A stretch of DNA of 64,000 nt from assembly GCA_027320085.1 (NCBI GenBank), contig DAHVLZ010000018.1, positions 32,001-96,000 on the forward strand, read 5' to 3'. This document shows, in pieces, positions 1 to 8,560 of this stretch. Origin of the DNA: Pseudomonadota bacterium. Its GTDB lineage: Bacteria > Pseudomonadota > Gammaproteobacteria > JAKAQQ01. The notes below the pieces were generated by a model. That model searched no databases, had not been told where the DNA came from, and was given only the letters and a program-made list of their open reading frames with translations. Numbering within the stretch: position 1 is the first letter of the stretch; the number at the start of each line of letters is the position of its first letter. Position numbers and translations under genes: made by a program.

Positions 1-176
1 TTGATACTGACTTCAGCAAAAACCTCCAGCGGGATCTGCTTCTCCTTGGCCTTGGAGCGGTCCTTGAACCACCACCAGCGGCCGCCGGATGGTGGGACTT
101 CAAGATAAAGGCCGCCAGAGTCAAACAAGCGACTGGTTTTGCTCTGCGGTTTGAAATTTCTAAATGCCCCCATCAT
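1..176 (-). mobile_element. N-terminus of P4-type tyrosine integrase (arm-DNA-binding domain), runs off the window edge, looks diverged
   Basis: Manual translation MMGAFRNFKPQSKTSRLFDSGGLYLEVPPSGGRWWWFKDRSKAKEKQIPLEVFAEVSI matches the DGGGLYLEV.PSG..W...EK...LG.YP.VSL arm domain; not in the ORF track. Confidence 0.8.
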
Positions 177-294
177 TGTCTCTTCATCCCTCCAACTGGG
201 GTGGCCCTAGTCTAGACAGCCCGAGGGGGGCGGTCAGGCCGGGAGGGGCCCTGTCGCTAGGCTGAGCTGGTGACTGTCTTGGAGGGACCGACAC

Positions 295-450
295 GTGCGG
301 ATCGCGCGCATTCGGATCGAGAACTGCGGGTCCGTCAAGTCGCTGGATTTTCAACCAGAATCGGGGCGCTGTGATGAATCCGGTTTTCCTGCCTTCAAGA
401 TGCGGTATCGCCCGGTAGGGTATCAATTATTACTTGTCAGTTGGGGTTAG
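295..450 (+). pseudogene. Fragment resembling the N-terminus of an AAA/OLD-family ATP-dependent nuclease
   Basis: GGAGG RBS at 281, then GTG-RIARIRIENCGSVKSLDFQP (cf. M.I..I.I.NFRSI..L.F); diverges before Walker A and stops after 51 aa. Confidence 0.5.
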
Positions 451-479
451 GGTGGGAAGCAGTCAGGAGGGGCAGGCGC

Positions 480-704
480 TTGATCCAGAGCTTTCGGCAC
501 AAGGGATTGAAACGGCTTTATGAGAAAGCTCTAGCCAAAGGCCTTTCGGCGGATATGGTACCGAAGATCGAGAGGATGCTGGCGCGCCTCGACGTGGTGA
601 CAAGGCCGGAGAGGATGAATCTGCCAGGCCTCGGACTGCATTCCCCAAAAGGGGAGTTGAAACGTGACGGTTGGTTTATCGCATTGATGCCGATCCCATT
701 CTGA
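480..704 (+). pseudogene. higB: Truncated HigB (RelE/ParE family, plasmid killer type) toxin
   Basis: IQSFRHKGLKRLYE...LARLD...MNLPGLGLH.PKGEL; the usual C-terminal WS..VSGNWRI.F segment is missing and no higA follows. Confidence 0.7.
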
Positions 705-889
705 TCTTGGCTGTGTTCGCCAAGAAGAGGGGGAAGACGCCGGACGACATCATTCGAATTTGCCAGAAGAGGTTTCTGTCCGCACTCAATTCATGCTGTG
801 CTGCCTTTTCTGTCTTGCGCGCCGCACCGGGATCCTTGCCGTTGTCGAGCTTCGTCGCACGTCATCCCGTTTGCACCGGTCTTCCTTGA
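671..889 (+). pseudogene. C-terminal fragment of a Gp49/DUF891-like RelE toxin
   Basis: VYRIDADPILILAVFAKK..KTP..I..ICQKR is typical of this family; N-terminal half absent; similarity ends around 780. Confidence 0.6.
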
Positions 890-1066
890 GGCTCACGCGT
901 GGAAACACTCCTAGCGACAGGCGCTTTTTTTGTTGCCGAATCTGTACTTAAGTCGCCACCATTTCCCTCCGGATGGTGCAACTTCGAGATAGAGGCCGCC
1001 TGCATCGAATAGACGACGCGGTTTGTCTGCAGATTTAGTATTCCGGATCGCGCGCTCAGTAAGCAT
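791..1066 (-). pseudogene. Frameshifted P4-type integrase arm-domain remnant
   Basis: MLTERAIRNTKSADKPRRLFDAGGLYLEVAPSGGKWWRLKYRFGNKK, frameshift at an A-run, KRLSLGVFPRVSLKE..., frameshift, LDNGKDPGAARK; no catalytic domain. Confidence 0.85.
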
Positions 1067-1110
1067 TACGTTTCACTCCAAAGTTGACCGGTGTGTCTGG
1101 AGCCCGACAA

Positions 1111-1164
1111 AGTTGCCCCCACCACATCACGAGTTGCCCCCATAGTTGCCCCCCAGTTGCCCCC
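1111..1164. repeat. Four direct copies of AGTTGCCCCC (putative integrase arm-type sites)
   Basis: Exact copies at 1111, 1132, 1144 and 1155, between the tRNA-Phe 3' end and the integrase remnant. Confidence 0.8.
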
Positions 1165-1266
1165 GCTGTTACTAAACATCATGGGGCCACTCTGGACGAA
1201 AAAAGCTCGCAAGCTCAATGCTTGTGCGGGCTTCTGGGCACTATGGGATCTCTCTGGAATTTAATT

Positions 1267-1342
1267 TGGTGGCCAGGGGCGGAATCGAACCACCGACACG
1301 TGGATTTTCAGTCCACTGCTCTACCGACTGAGCTACCTGGCC
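1267..1342 (-). tRNA. tRNA-Phe(GAA)
   Basis: GGCCAGGTAGCTCAGTCGGTAGAGCAGTGGACTGAAAATCCACGTGTCGGTGGTTCGATTCCGCCCCTGGCCACCA; cloverleaf with encoded CCA. Confidence 0.98.
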
Positions 1343-1410
1343 ATTTTTTAGCTTCGTTATTTTACGCTGTTTGAGTCTTGGTCCGTCAAGGATCAAAGTT
1401 TTCCCTAGCC

Positions 1411-2274
1411 TCACCCGGAAAGAGTCGCCTCCCGTGCACGGAGCCCGGTGTTGCGGACCAGGTTCCCCAGGTGTTCGAATCCGGCAGGGGAGGGCACCTC
1501 GGCGAAGAAGCTGAGAGCGATGTGACGTCCTTGTGAACTCACCTGGTGAAACCAGCCGGCCGGCAGGAAAAGCATCTCGTTCTTCCGGATCTCGAGATCG
1601 ATCCTGTGGGGCAAAGCCTCCCGGTAGGCCGGAAATCGCTCAAAATCGGGCTTTCCGATGTCGATCGCACTGAGGTGGGGCTGTTTTTCACCCGGTTCAT
1701 ATTCGATCAACCCGGTTTCGGCGATGTGCCGGATCACGCCTCGGGGATAAAGATGCTGTGCCTCGGTCGGGGGAAATAGCGTGAATTGCTTGCGACCCTC
1801 GACCACGACGTAGAGATTGTCATTGAAGTCGTGGTGCAGGACCGTCACGATCGGGCTTGGGCTGTTGCCCATCCAGAGGACGATGCACCGCATCATGAAG
1901 TCCTTGAAGTAGTCCGGGATCGAAAAATCCCCGATGAGCTGGAGCAGCGGCGGCTCGATCAGCCGGTCAGTCTGGAGGTTGAGGTAATAAGCCGGATTGC
2001 CTCCCGGGGGGGTCATGACCTCCCGGATGAAGTGCCGGAAGGGCATGGCCACATAGGTGGTGGATTCGGCGGTGAAGAGACCCGGTCGCGGCTGTTGCAG
2101 GACCCGGACTTCATGGGCCCCGGCCTTGTAGTTGAGGTAGTCATTGGTCCACCGATGGGTCTGCCATCCCAGGACGGAGAGATCCGGCACCTGGATGATG
2201 AGCGGCTTCCGGTCGATGTAGTGGCGGAGAAAGATTTCTGCCGCGACCGGATGGGGGAGCCGGTCAATGTTCAT
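1411..2274 (-). CDS. JmjC/cupin_8 Fe(II)/2-oxoglutarate oxygenase
   Basis: LWMG...LHHDFNDNLYVVVEGRKQFTLFPP and LFLPAGWFHQV give the HxD...H triad and the 2OG-binding Lys. Confidence 0.88.
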   Translation of the reverse strand: MNIDRLPHPVAAEIFLRHYIDRKPLIIQVPDLSVLGWQTHRWTNDYLNYKAGAHEVRVLQQPRPGLFTAESTTYVAMPFRHFIREVMTPPGGNPAYYLNLQTDRLIEPPLLQLIGDFSIPDYFKDFMMRCIVLWMGNSPSPIVTVLHHDFNDNLYVVVEGRKQFTLFPPTEAQHLYPRGVIRHIAETGLIEYEPGEKQPHLSAIDIGKPDFERFPAYREALPHRIDLEIRKNEMLFLPAGWFHQVSSQGRHIALSFFAEVPSPAGFEHLGNLVRNTGLRAREATLSG

Positions 2275-2298
2275 GGGAAGGGGCGGGCCCGGACCATG

Positions 2299-2592
2299 TC
2301 AGGGATCTTCCTCCAGTTCGGGATCCGCCCCGGGGGGTTCATAGCCGGGTGGGGGTTTCGATCCGGAACCGAAGAGAAATTGGGTCATCTCGTCCTTGAG
2401 AAACGCCCGGGCCTTGGGATCCGCTGCTGAGAGCCGGTACTCGTTGATGATCATCGTCTGACGGCGGATCCACTCCTCCCAGCCTTCTTTTGAAACCTCG
2501 TTGTAGATGCGCAGACCGAGAGTCCCCGGAAAGGGTGGCGAATCCAGCCCCGGCGCTTCTTTTCCGAGTACGACACAGCGAACCTGATGCAT
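2299..2592 (-). CDS. yggX: Fe(II)-trafficking/oxidative damage protection protein
   Basis: V.CVVLGKEAPGLD.PPFPG.LG.RIY..VSKE.W..W...QTMIINEYRL; downstream of mutY. Confidence 0.95.
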   Translation of the reverse strand: MHQVRCVVLGKEAPGLDSPPFPGTLGLRIYNEVSKEGWEEWIRRQTMIINEYRLSAADPKARAFLKDEMTQFLFGSGSKPPPGYEPPGADPELEEDP

Positions 2593-2622
2593 GAAAGACC
2601 CATTGAAAACCCGGCCCCGATA

Positions 2623-3747
2623 TTATCGCACCCTCTCCCCACCCTCCAAAGCTTGCCTCCATTCCGCAAGGAAACGTTGGATGGGCCGGGGCAGGGGTTC
2701 GGCTCCAAGCTTCCCTTCCCCCACCCACCGGGTCGGGCGGGTGGGGAGCCCGCCGGCATTTTCACCCACCTCCATTTCATAAACCTCGATGTGAAGTTCG
2801 AGATGGGTCAGGGGGTGCCGCAAGGCCGGATGCCGCACCAGGCGGCCACCCGGCCTGGCCCCGAGCTTTCGGAACCAGCGTTCGGGACTGTCCTGTGGGG
2901 AGATCTCCGGGAGGCAACTCATCCCTCCCCAGATCCCCTGGGGAGGACGTCTTTCAAGCAGGAGCCGGCCGCCTTTGCGGATGAGGAGAAGCTTGATCCG
3001 CCGGATCGGATGCGCGCTACGGACAGAGGCCGTTTTTTTCCGGCGGATGTGGGGGATCCCGGGGTACGGGCAGTCTTCGGCGAACGGGCAGTGGTTGCAG
3101 TCCGGATCGCGGGGTCGGCAGCGGAGCGCACCCAGATCCATCACGCCTTGCGTGTAGATGCGGGCGTCTTGTTTCGGAAGAAGCGCTTGGGCCAATGCCC
3201 AAAGCCTGCTCGTTTCCCGGGCCGTGCGCTCGGGATCGCGACCAAGATACAGTCGTGCCAGAAGCCGCCGGACGTTGCCATCGAGAACCGGGTGGGGGAC
3301 ATCCTGGCTCAAGGACAGGATTGCCCCCGCCGTGGAGAGACCGATCCCGGGGAGTGCGAGCAGCGCCTCGAGCCGTGTGGGAAAGTCCCCCCCCTTTTTC
3401 ATGACCTGCCGGGCGGCCTCATGGAGATTGCGGGCACGGGCGTAGTAGCCGAGACCGGCAAAGTGACGGAGCACGGTTTTGGGCCGCGCCCGGGCCAGGT
3501 CGGTCACCTTTGGAAAGCGTTCAAGGAAGCGCCCGTAATAGGCCTTGACGGTTTCGACCTGGGTTTGCTGGAGCATGACTTCCGAGACCCAGATGCGATA
3601 GGGATCGGTCGTGCCCTGCCAGGGGAGATCGTGTCGCCCAAAGTTCTTCTGCCAGGTGACGACCCGCTGGGCAAAGCGGGGGACAGCATGAACCCACGCC
3701 GCCTGCTCATCCGTCAAGGCAGGCGGTTTGCGCGTGTCCGGACTCAT
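2623..3747 (-). CDS. mutY: A/G-specific adenine glycosylase
   Basis: GRHDLPWQ, WVSEVMLQQTQV, GLGYYARARNLH, HhH LPGIG, DGNVRR, 4Fe-4S CRPRDPDCNHCPFAEDC; start chosen at the ATG overlapping the asmA stop. Confidence 0.96.
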   Translation of the reverse strand: MSPDTRKPPALTDEQAAWVHAVPRFAQRVVTWQKNFGRHDLPWQGTTDPYRIWVSEVMLQQTQVETVKAYYGRFLERFPKVTDLARARPKTVLRHFAGLGYYARARNLHEAARQVMKKGGDFPTRLEALLALPGIGLSTAGAILSLSQDVPHPVLDGNVRRLLARLYLGRDPERTARETSRLWALAQALLPKQDARIYTQGVMDLGALRCRPRDPDCNHCPFAEDCPYPGIPHIRRKKTASVRSAHPIRRIKLLLIRKGGRLLLERRPPQGIWGGMSCLPEISPQDSPERWFRKLGARPGGRLVRHPALRHPLTHLELHIEVYEMEVGENAGGLPTRPTRWVGEGKLGAEPLPRPIQRFLAEWRQALEGGERVR

Positions 3748-5834
3748 CCGTGGGGGATCAGATGGCCCAGGAAACCGCCCAGGAGGGATTTGGCCTTGGC
3801 ACGGGCTTCGGCCTTGAGAATCGCAGAGAGGTTCGGTCTCACGCGGGGCGATTGCGGAGAGCCTGTGACCGAGATCGGGATCTTGATGCCATGCAGCGCA
3901 GGCGGCCATTCGCCTCGTCCCGCGGCATTCGGTCGGGGTGCCAAAAGGAGCTGGAGCGCGAGCCTGGGAGCCACCCAGTTGAGTTGCCCCCGGCCGGTCA
4001 CCGCGAGGCCTGGGGTTTCGAGGGCGAGGGATTCGATGTTCAGGATCGGTCCGGCGAGTCGGAAGGAGAGGTTCATCCGTCCGAGCGGGGTCACCCCACC
4101 CTGCGGCCAGGACGCCGGGATATGGCCGGTCAAGGCTTGGCGTACGGCGGATACGACACGGTCGAGATTGAGGCCCTGCCAGCGGGCCTTGTGCATGGCG
4201 AGGACTCCGTTTCCGGCGAGCGTGTGCGCGAGAGCCGCCTTGTTCTCACCGGTGAAACGGGCCACGAGACTGGCATCGAGGCGCCCGGCCAGGGGCGAAA
4301 GGTTCCGGCTGCCCAGGCTGGAGACGAGTTTGCGGGCCGAGAGCTGGTGGAGATTCAGGTTGAAGGTGAGATGGGGCGCGCCCTTGGATCCTGCGGACAG
4401 TGATCCCGCCCCGGCCAGGCGACCACCCAGGAGCTGGGCGGAGAGGGGGGAGGCCGTGAGAACTCCCCGGGCCATCTTCAGGTTAACCACGATGTTGCGT
4501 GCCCGGATTCCATCCGCATGGAGAGCGCCCAATCGGATGCGCCCACTCCCGGCATAGGCCTTGAGCCAGCTCAAGCTTTGTGTGTGAGCTGGACTCGCCG
4601 CTGTTTTCGCCACCGCCCGCACCGAAGCTTGGCTGGATTTTTTGCGGGAAACTCCTCCGGAAGTGGGTGGAGGAGTGTTCAGGGTCAGCGAGTTACCGTC
4701 CAGAAGGAAGGAGAAGGCGCGTGGTTTGCCCACGGTTCCCATCCGGAAGAAGCCCCTCCAATGTTCCGGGCCCAGCCCCACGGCCATCTGCGTGAGGGAT
4801 AGCTCCCGTGCCGTGATGTGCCAGGCGGCCACGAAGGTCAGGGGGGGGCGACCCGTTCCGTTCCGGAGGAGATGGTCGAGCCCGGCGCCGAACCAGGGTT
4901 CGATCCGGTCGAGTCTCAGGTTCACACGGCCGGAGAGTGAGCGGAGCGCACTCGGCGCCAGTCTTCCTTCAGCTGCTAAAAATCCTGTAAATCCATTACC
5001 TTGAATATTTATCTTGTGAATTGAGATTAACTCTTTGGACAGGTTCAAACCAAGGCTTTTGGCCTCTCCGCGAAGAACCAGGTGGCGAGGTTTCGTGACC
5101 GTCAAGCGGAAGGAGGTCCCGCGGAGATTGAGTCCCTCCGTGGGTTGGTAGAGAACTTGGGTTTTGAGTTCCAGTGTGGCCGAGATGCTCTGGGGATGGT
5201 GGGTCGAGATCTGTGCCTTGAGCAGGAAGGGGAAACGCCGTGCCGGCTCGATGGGTCCTGCCTTGACCTCGCGGAGATGGAGGTGATCGACCGCCCCCGT
5301 CTTCCGATTGATCACACTGATTGTGACATGCTGGAGATGGATCCGGCCGAGAGCCGCGAATGGAAGGCTCGTACGCCGGGGGGGTGCCTTGCTTTTCGCC
5401 GGGGCTGGCTTGGCCGCGCCGGCCAACCGGGCCAAAGGCGCATAGTTGCTGATGCCCCTCCGGTTCGTGAGGAGTGTGAGTGCGATGTGACTCAGGCTGA
5501 GCTCGGTCACTTCGATATGCCCGCTGATCAGGGGGATGAGACTGACCCCGACCGCGGCCTGGCCGACCGAAAGGAGTGGCGGCCCCTGGAAACCCGGCGG
5601 GTTTTCCAGGGTCGTCCGGCTCAGGGTGAGCCCGAGCGTCGGAAAAACCGAAAGCCGGACCGGTCCTTTGATCTTGAGCGTGAGGCCGGTTTCCTGGCGG
5701 ACAAGCCTTGTGATCTCCCGGCGGACGAACCCGGTCGGGATGAGCCGGGGTCCGATGAAAAGTACGAGGACCAGGACCAGGAGGATGCCCCCGGCAATCC
5801 AGGGGCCACGGGAACGGCCCTGGGGACGGCTCAT
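3744..5834 (-). CDS. asmA: AsmA family protein
   Basis: N-terminal TM anchor, TGLTLKIKGPVRLSVFPTLGL, C-terminal IPISVTG..SP.V.P; asmA-mutY-yggX synteny. Confidence 0.85.
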   Translation of the reverse strand: MSRPQGRSRGPWIAGGILLVLVLVLFIGPRLIPTGFVRREITRLVRQETGLTLKIKGPVRLSVFPTLGLTLSRTTLENPPGFQGPPLLSVGQAAVGVSLIPLISGHIEVTELSLSHIALTLLTNRRGISNYAPLARLAGAAKPAPAKSKAPPRRTSLPFAALGRIHLQHVTISVINRKTGAVDHLHLREVKAGPIEPARRFPFLLKAQISTHHPQSISATLELKTQVLYQPTEGLNLRGTSFRLTVTKPRHLVLRGEAKSLGLNLSKELISIHKINIQGNGFTGFLAAEGRLAPSALRSLSGRVNLRLDRIEPWFGAGLDHLLRNGTGRPPLTFVAAWHITARELSLTQMAVGLGPEHWRGFFRMGTVGKPRAFSFLLDGNSLTLNTPPPTSGGVSRKKSSQASVRAVAKTAASPAHTQSLSWLKAYAGSGRIRLGALHADGIRARNIVVNLKMARGVLTASPLSAQLLGGRLAGAGSLSAGSKGAPHLTFNLNLHQLSARKLVSSLGSRNLSPLAGRLDASLVARFTGENKAALAHTLAGNGVLAMHKARWQGLNLDRVVSAVRQALTGHIPASWPQGGVTPLGRMNLSFRLAGPILNIESLALETPGLAVTGRGQLNWVAPRLALQLLLAPRPNAAGRGEWPPALHGIKIPISVTGSPQSPRVRPNLSAILKAEARAKAKSLLGGFLGHLIPHG

Positions 5835-5872
5835 GGCGATCCACTCCTCGCGCTCGGGGGATTTTTGGACAG

Positions 5873-5946
5873 TGGAGCGGGTGATGGGAATCGAACCCAC
5901 GTCACCAGGTTGGGAACCTGGAACTCTACCATTGAGCTACACCCGC
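5873..5946 (-). tRNA. tRNA-Gly(CCC)
   Basis: GCGGGTG/CACCCGC acceptor stem, anticodon arm CCAGG-TTCCCAA-CCTGG, GTTCGATTC T-loop, TCCA end. Confidence 0.97.
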
Positions 5947-6035
5947 GGATGCGAGCCTGATCAATACAGCTTAAGGGCTCGCGGGCAGTCTGGCAAGCGG
6001 AGGATTCGGCGCGTCTGACCAAACTCCTCTATAGT

Positions 6036-7730
6036 GTGTGCTGGATGGATGCTTTCTCCCGGTCAATGATCGAAACCCGTAGCCGAAAACTGGGGATGGG
6101 AATGTTCCTGGCTGCTCTCCTCGTGGGCGGATCTGCAGCCTCGGACCGGCTTCCGGCACGAACCCTCGCCCCCGCACCGCTTGCGGGCATGCCGCACTCC
6201 CAGCGTCAGGCGGCCAAGGATCTTCTGCAGGCCGCGGAACTCCAGTCCGATACCGTGCTGGCGGCGCGTGCGGCCTGGCTGGCCTACGAACGCGCTCATT
6301 TCCGGCTGGCCCGCCGGGCCCTCCTCTATTGGCAGACCCTGGATCCGCGTGATCGGCGGATCGACAATCTCCTGATCCTGACCAATCTCGAGACAGGCCA
6401 TCTCGGCCAGGCGCTCACCGTCCTGACCGGGCTGGTCCGTCATGTGATGTATCCCCACCAGGCGATCGAAGCCCTGCTCCAGGTGCTCGCCCGCGCCTCG
6501 GAACGTGCCCCCCGGCTCCTTTTGTTTCAGGACTGGGTGCATGAAGCTCCGACCGACCCGCTCGCCCACTGGGCGCTCGCCCGCGTGGCGGCAGCTGAGG
6601 GCCTGACCGGTTTGGCTGCCCACGAGTATGAGGCGTTGTTCCGTGAGAAGCCCAAGGATCCCATGCTGGGCCTTGCGCTCGCCAAATCCTGGATTCTCCT
6701 GGGGAGGATCCACCGCGGACTGGCCTTGATCGAAAAGCTCGAGAAGCAAGATCTTCTGGGCACGATCCCGGCCCGCGTCAAGACGGCGGACCTGTGGATG
6801 CTGGCCGGACATCCGAAGAAGGCGGCCGGCCTGATCGACAGTCTCCCGCCCAAGGCGGCCCCCTTTGTTCCGCTCACCCGGGCCTGGATCGAAATCCAGG
6901 AGAAGCACTTGCACCAGGCCGAAAGGACGCTCACCCGGCTGCTTGAGGCGAACACGTCGAACCGCACGGCGGGCTACTTTCTGGGTTATGTCGAGGCCGA
7001 TCTCAAGCATTTCCGGCGGGCCCGGGCCTGGTTCGGTTATGCCCGGGTCGGTGCCCATTTTGTCGACTCGACGCGGGAGATCGCCCGGATCGAGATGGAG
7101 CGGCAGCCGCCCCACTTCCATCAAGCGCTTCTGATCCTCGAGAAAATGTCGGAGATGGTGCCGGTCTGGGGGCCACGGCTCGTGACCCACGGCGTCAACC
7201 TCTTTGTGCGATCCGATCAGGCCTCGCAGGCCACCACGATTCTGGGCTGGGGACTCAAGCGTTGGCCGGGAAACACCGACCTGCAATATGCAAAGGCCCT
7301 GCTCGAAATCCGCCTGGGCCATTTTGCGAAAGCGATCCGGTTGCTCAAGGCGCTTGTCCGACGCTACCCCTCAGATCCCCTGTTCCTCAACGCGCTGGGA
7401 TACACGTGGACGATCCGGGGCCGGCACCTGCTGCAGGCGGCGATCCTGATCCACCATGCCCTCCTGATCGATCCCTCGGATCCGGCGCTGCTGGACAGCC
7501 TGGGCTGGGTCGACTTCAAGCTGCACCATTGGCAATCGGCCTACCGTCGCCTGGCGCTCGCGCACACGCTCAAGCCCCATGAACCCACGATTGCATTCCA
7601 TTGGGGCCGGGTGCTCTGGCAGTCGGGGCATCCACAGGCGGCACGCCGCGTCTGGCAGGAAGCCTTGGAGAGGGCTCCCCATGATGCGCGTCTCAAGCGT
7701 GCCCTGAGCCAGCCCTTGCCGCACCCTTGA
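6036..7730 (+). CDS. Exported TPR-repeat protein (lolB-associated)
   Basis: C-terminal LNALGYT...P.DPALLDSLGWV TPR motifs; directly upstream of lolB; exact start uncertain. Confidence 0.85.
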   Translation: MCWMDAFSRSMIETRSRKLGMGMFLAALLVGGSAASDRLPARTLAPAPLAGMPHSQRQAAKDLLQAAELQSDTVLAARAAWLAYERAHFRLARRALLYWQTLDPRDRRIDNLLILTNLETGHLGQALTVLTGLVRHVMYPHQAIEALLQVLARASERAPRLLLFQDWVHEAPTDPLAHWALARVAAAEGLTGLAAHEYEALFREKPKDPMLGLALAKSWILLGRIHRGLALIEKLEKQDLLGTIPARVKTADLWMLAGHPKKAAGLIDSLPPKAAPFVPLTRAWIEIQEKHLHQAERTLTRLLEANTSNRTAGYFLGYVEADLKHFRRARAWFGYARVGAHFVDSTREIARIEMERQPPHFHQALLILEKMSEMVPVWGPRLVTHGVNLFVRSDQASQATTILGWGLKRWPGNTDLQYAKALLEIRLGHFAKAIRLLKALVRRYPSDPLFLNALGYTWTIRGRHLLQAAILIHHALLIDPSDPALLDSLGWVDFKLHHWQSAYRRLALAHTLKPHEPTIAFHWGRVLWQSGHPQAARRVWQEALERAPHDARLKRALSQPLPHP

Positions 7731-8560
7731 CGCTCAGGCGTCTCGCACCGGTCTTTCTTGCGGCCGGAATCCTCCTCCTGGCCGGCTGTGTCCTCCCTCC
7801 GCAAACCCCGGGGCTGCCTTCTGCACATACCATCCACAGACTTGAGGCGATCCGCGGCTTTGAAATCTCGGGCGAACTCGGCGTGGTCGACCGGCAACGG
7901 GGCTTTTCAGGCTCCTTCTACTGGCGCGATCACCGGGGACGGAACCTGCTCATCGTGACAGCCCCGCTCGGCAGCGGGGGCTTCCGTCTGTCCGGCCATT
8001 CGGGAGACTGGCAGCTTGTGACCTCGCGCGGACGGATCCTATCGGTGCGCCACTGTCTGCGGTGCGTGCTCGCGCACTGGTTCGCGGTCCCCGTTCCCAT
8101 CCGGAGCCTGGACTATTGGGTGCGGGGGTTGCCGGACCCGGGGATACCGGCCCGTGGGATTTGGGATTCCCGGGGCCGGCTCCGGCACCTGACCCAGGAA
8201 GATTGGCAGCTCCTTTTCGAGCACTATGGGCGGATCGACGGCCTGCCGGTCCCAAACAGTCTCATCCTGCGATACCGCTCGGCGAGGATTCATCTGGTCG
8301 TGGATCGCTGGACGATCTGGAGGGCAGCCCGGAAAGACAGCCGGGAGTCTCAGGACCGGCGTGGCTCATCCCCCGGCGGTGGCAATCCTCGTGAGAGCCG
8401 CATTTCATCCTCGCCCCACCGCCGCTTGCGTCGATCGAGATTGCGATCTGGCGGGGTTTTCCCCCCGAAACAGGGAATCTCCCCCTGGGCCGCCGTCGTC
8501 TTTCGCGGCATCCCCGGGCCCTCTCTTGAGAGAGGGGAGAACCAAGCCCCAGGGACTTGA
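7727..8560 (+). CDS. lolB: Outer-membrane lipoprotein insertase LolB with an atypical C-terminal extension
   Basis: Lipobox LLAGC, G.F.W, APLGSG, PVPI..L.YWVRGLP, L.QEDW, LP..L.L; homology appears to end near 8315. Confidence 0.88.
   Translation: MTLRRLAPVFLAAGILLLAGCVLPPQTPGLPSAHTIHRLEAIRGFEISGELGVVDRQRGFSGSFYWRDHRGRNLLIVTAPLGSGGFRLSGHSGDWQLVTSRGRILSVRHCLRCVLAHWFAVPVPIRSLDYWVRGLPDPGIPARGIWDSRGRLRHLTQEDWQLLFEHYGRIDGLPVPNSLILRYRSARIHLVVDRWTIWRAARKDSRESQDRRGSSPGGGNPRESRISSSPHRRLRRSRLRSGGVFPPKQGISPWAAVVFRGIPGPSLERGENQAPGT

Noticed and set aside
1111-1164. AGTTGCCCCC repeats as a mini-CRISPR
   Set aside because: 10-bp units with 1-11 bp gaps; no spacer structure and no cas genes.
2587-4557. Long 656-aa plus-strand ORF, and similar long antisense ORFs (30409..32499, 15758..17254, 57391..58779, 6063..7322)
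   Set aside because: Shadow ORFs opposite well-supported genes, expected in high-GC DNA; no recognisable motifs.
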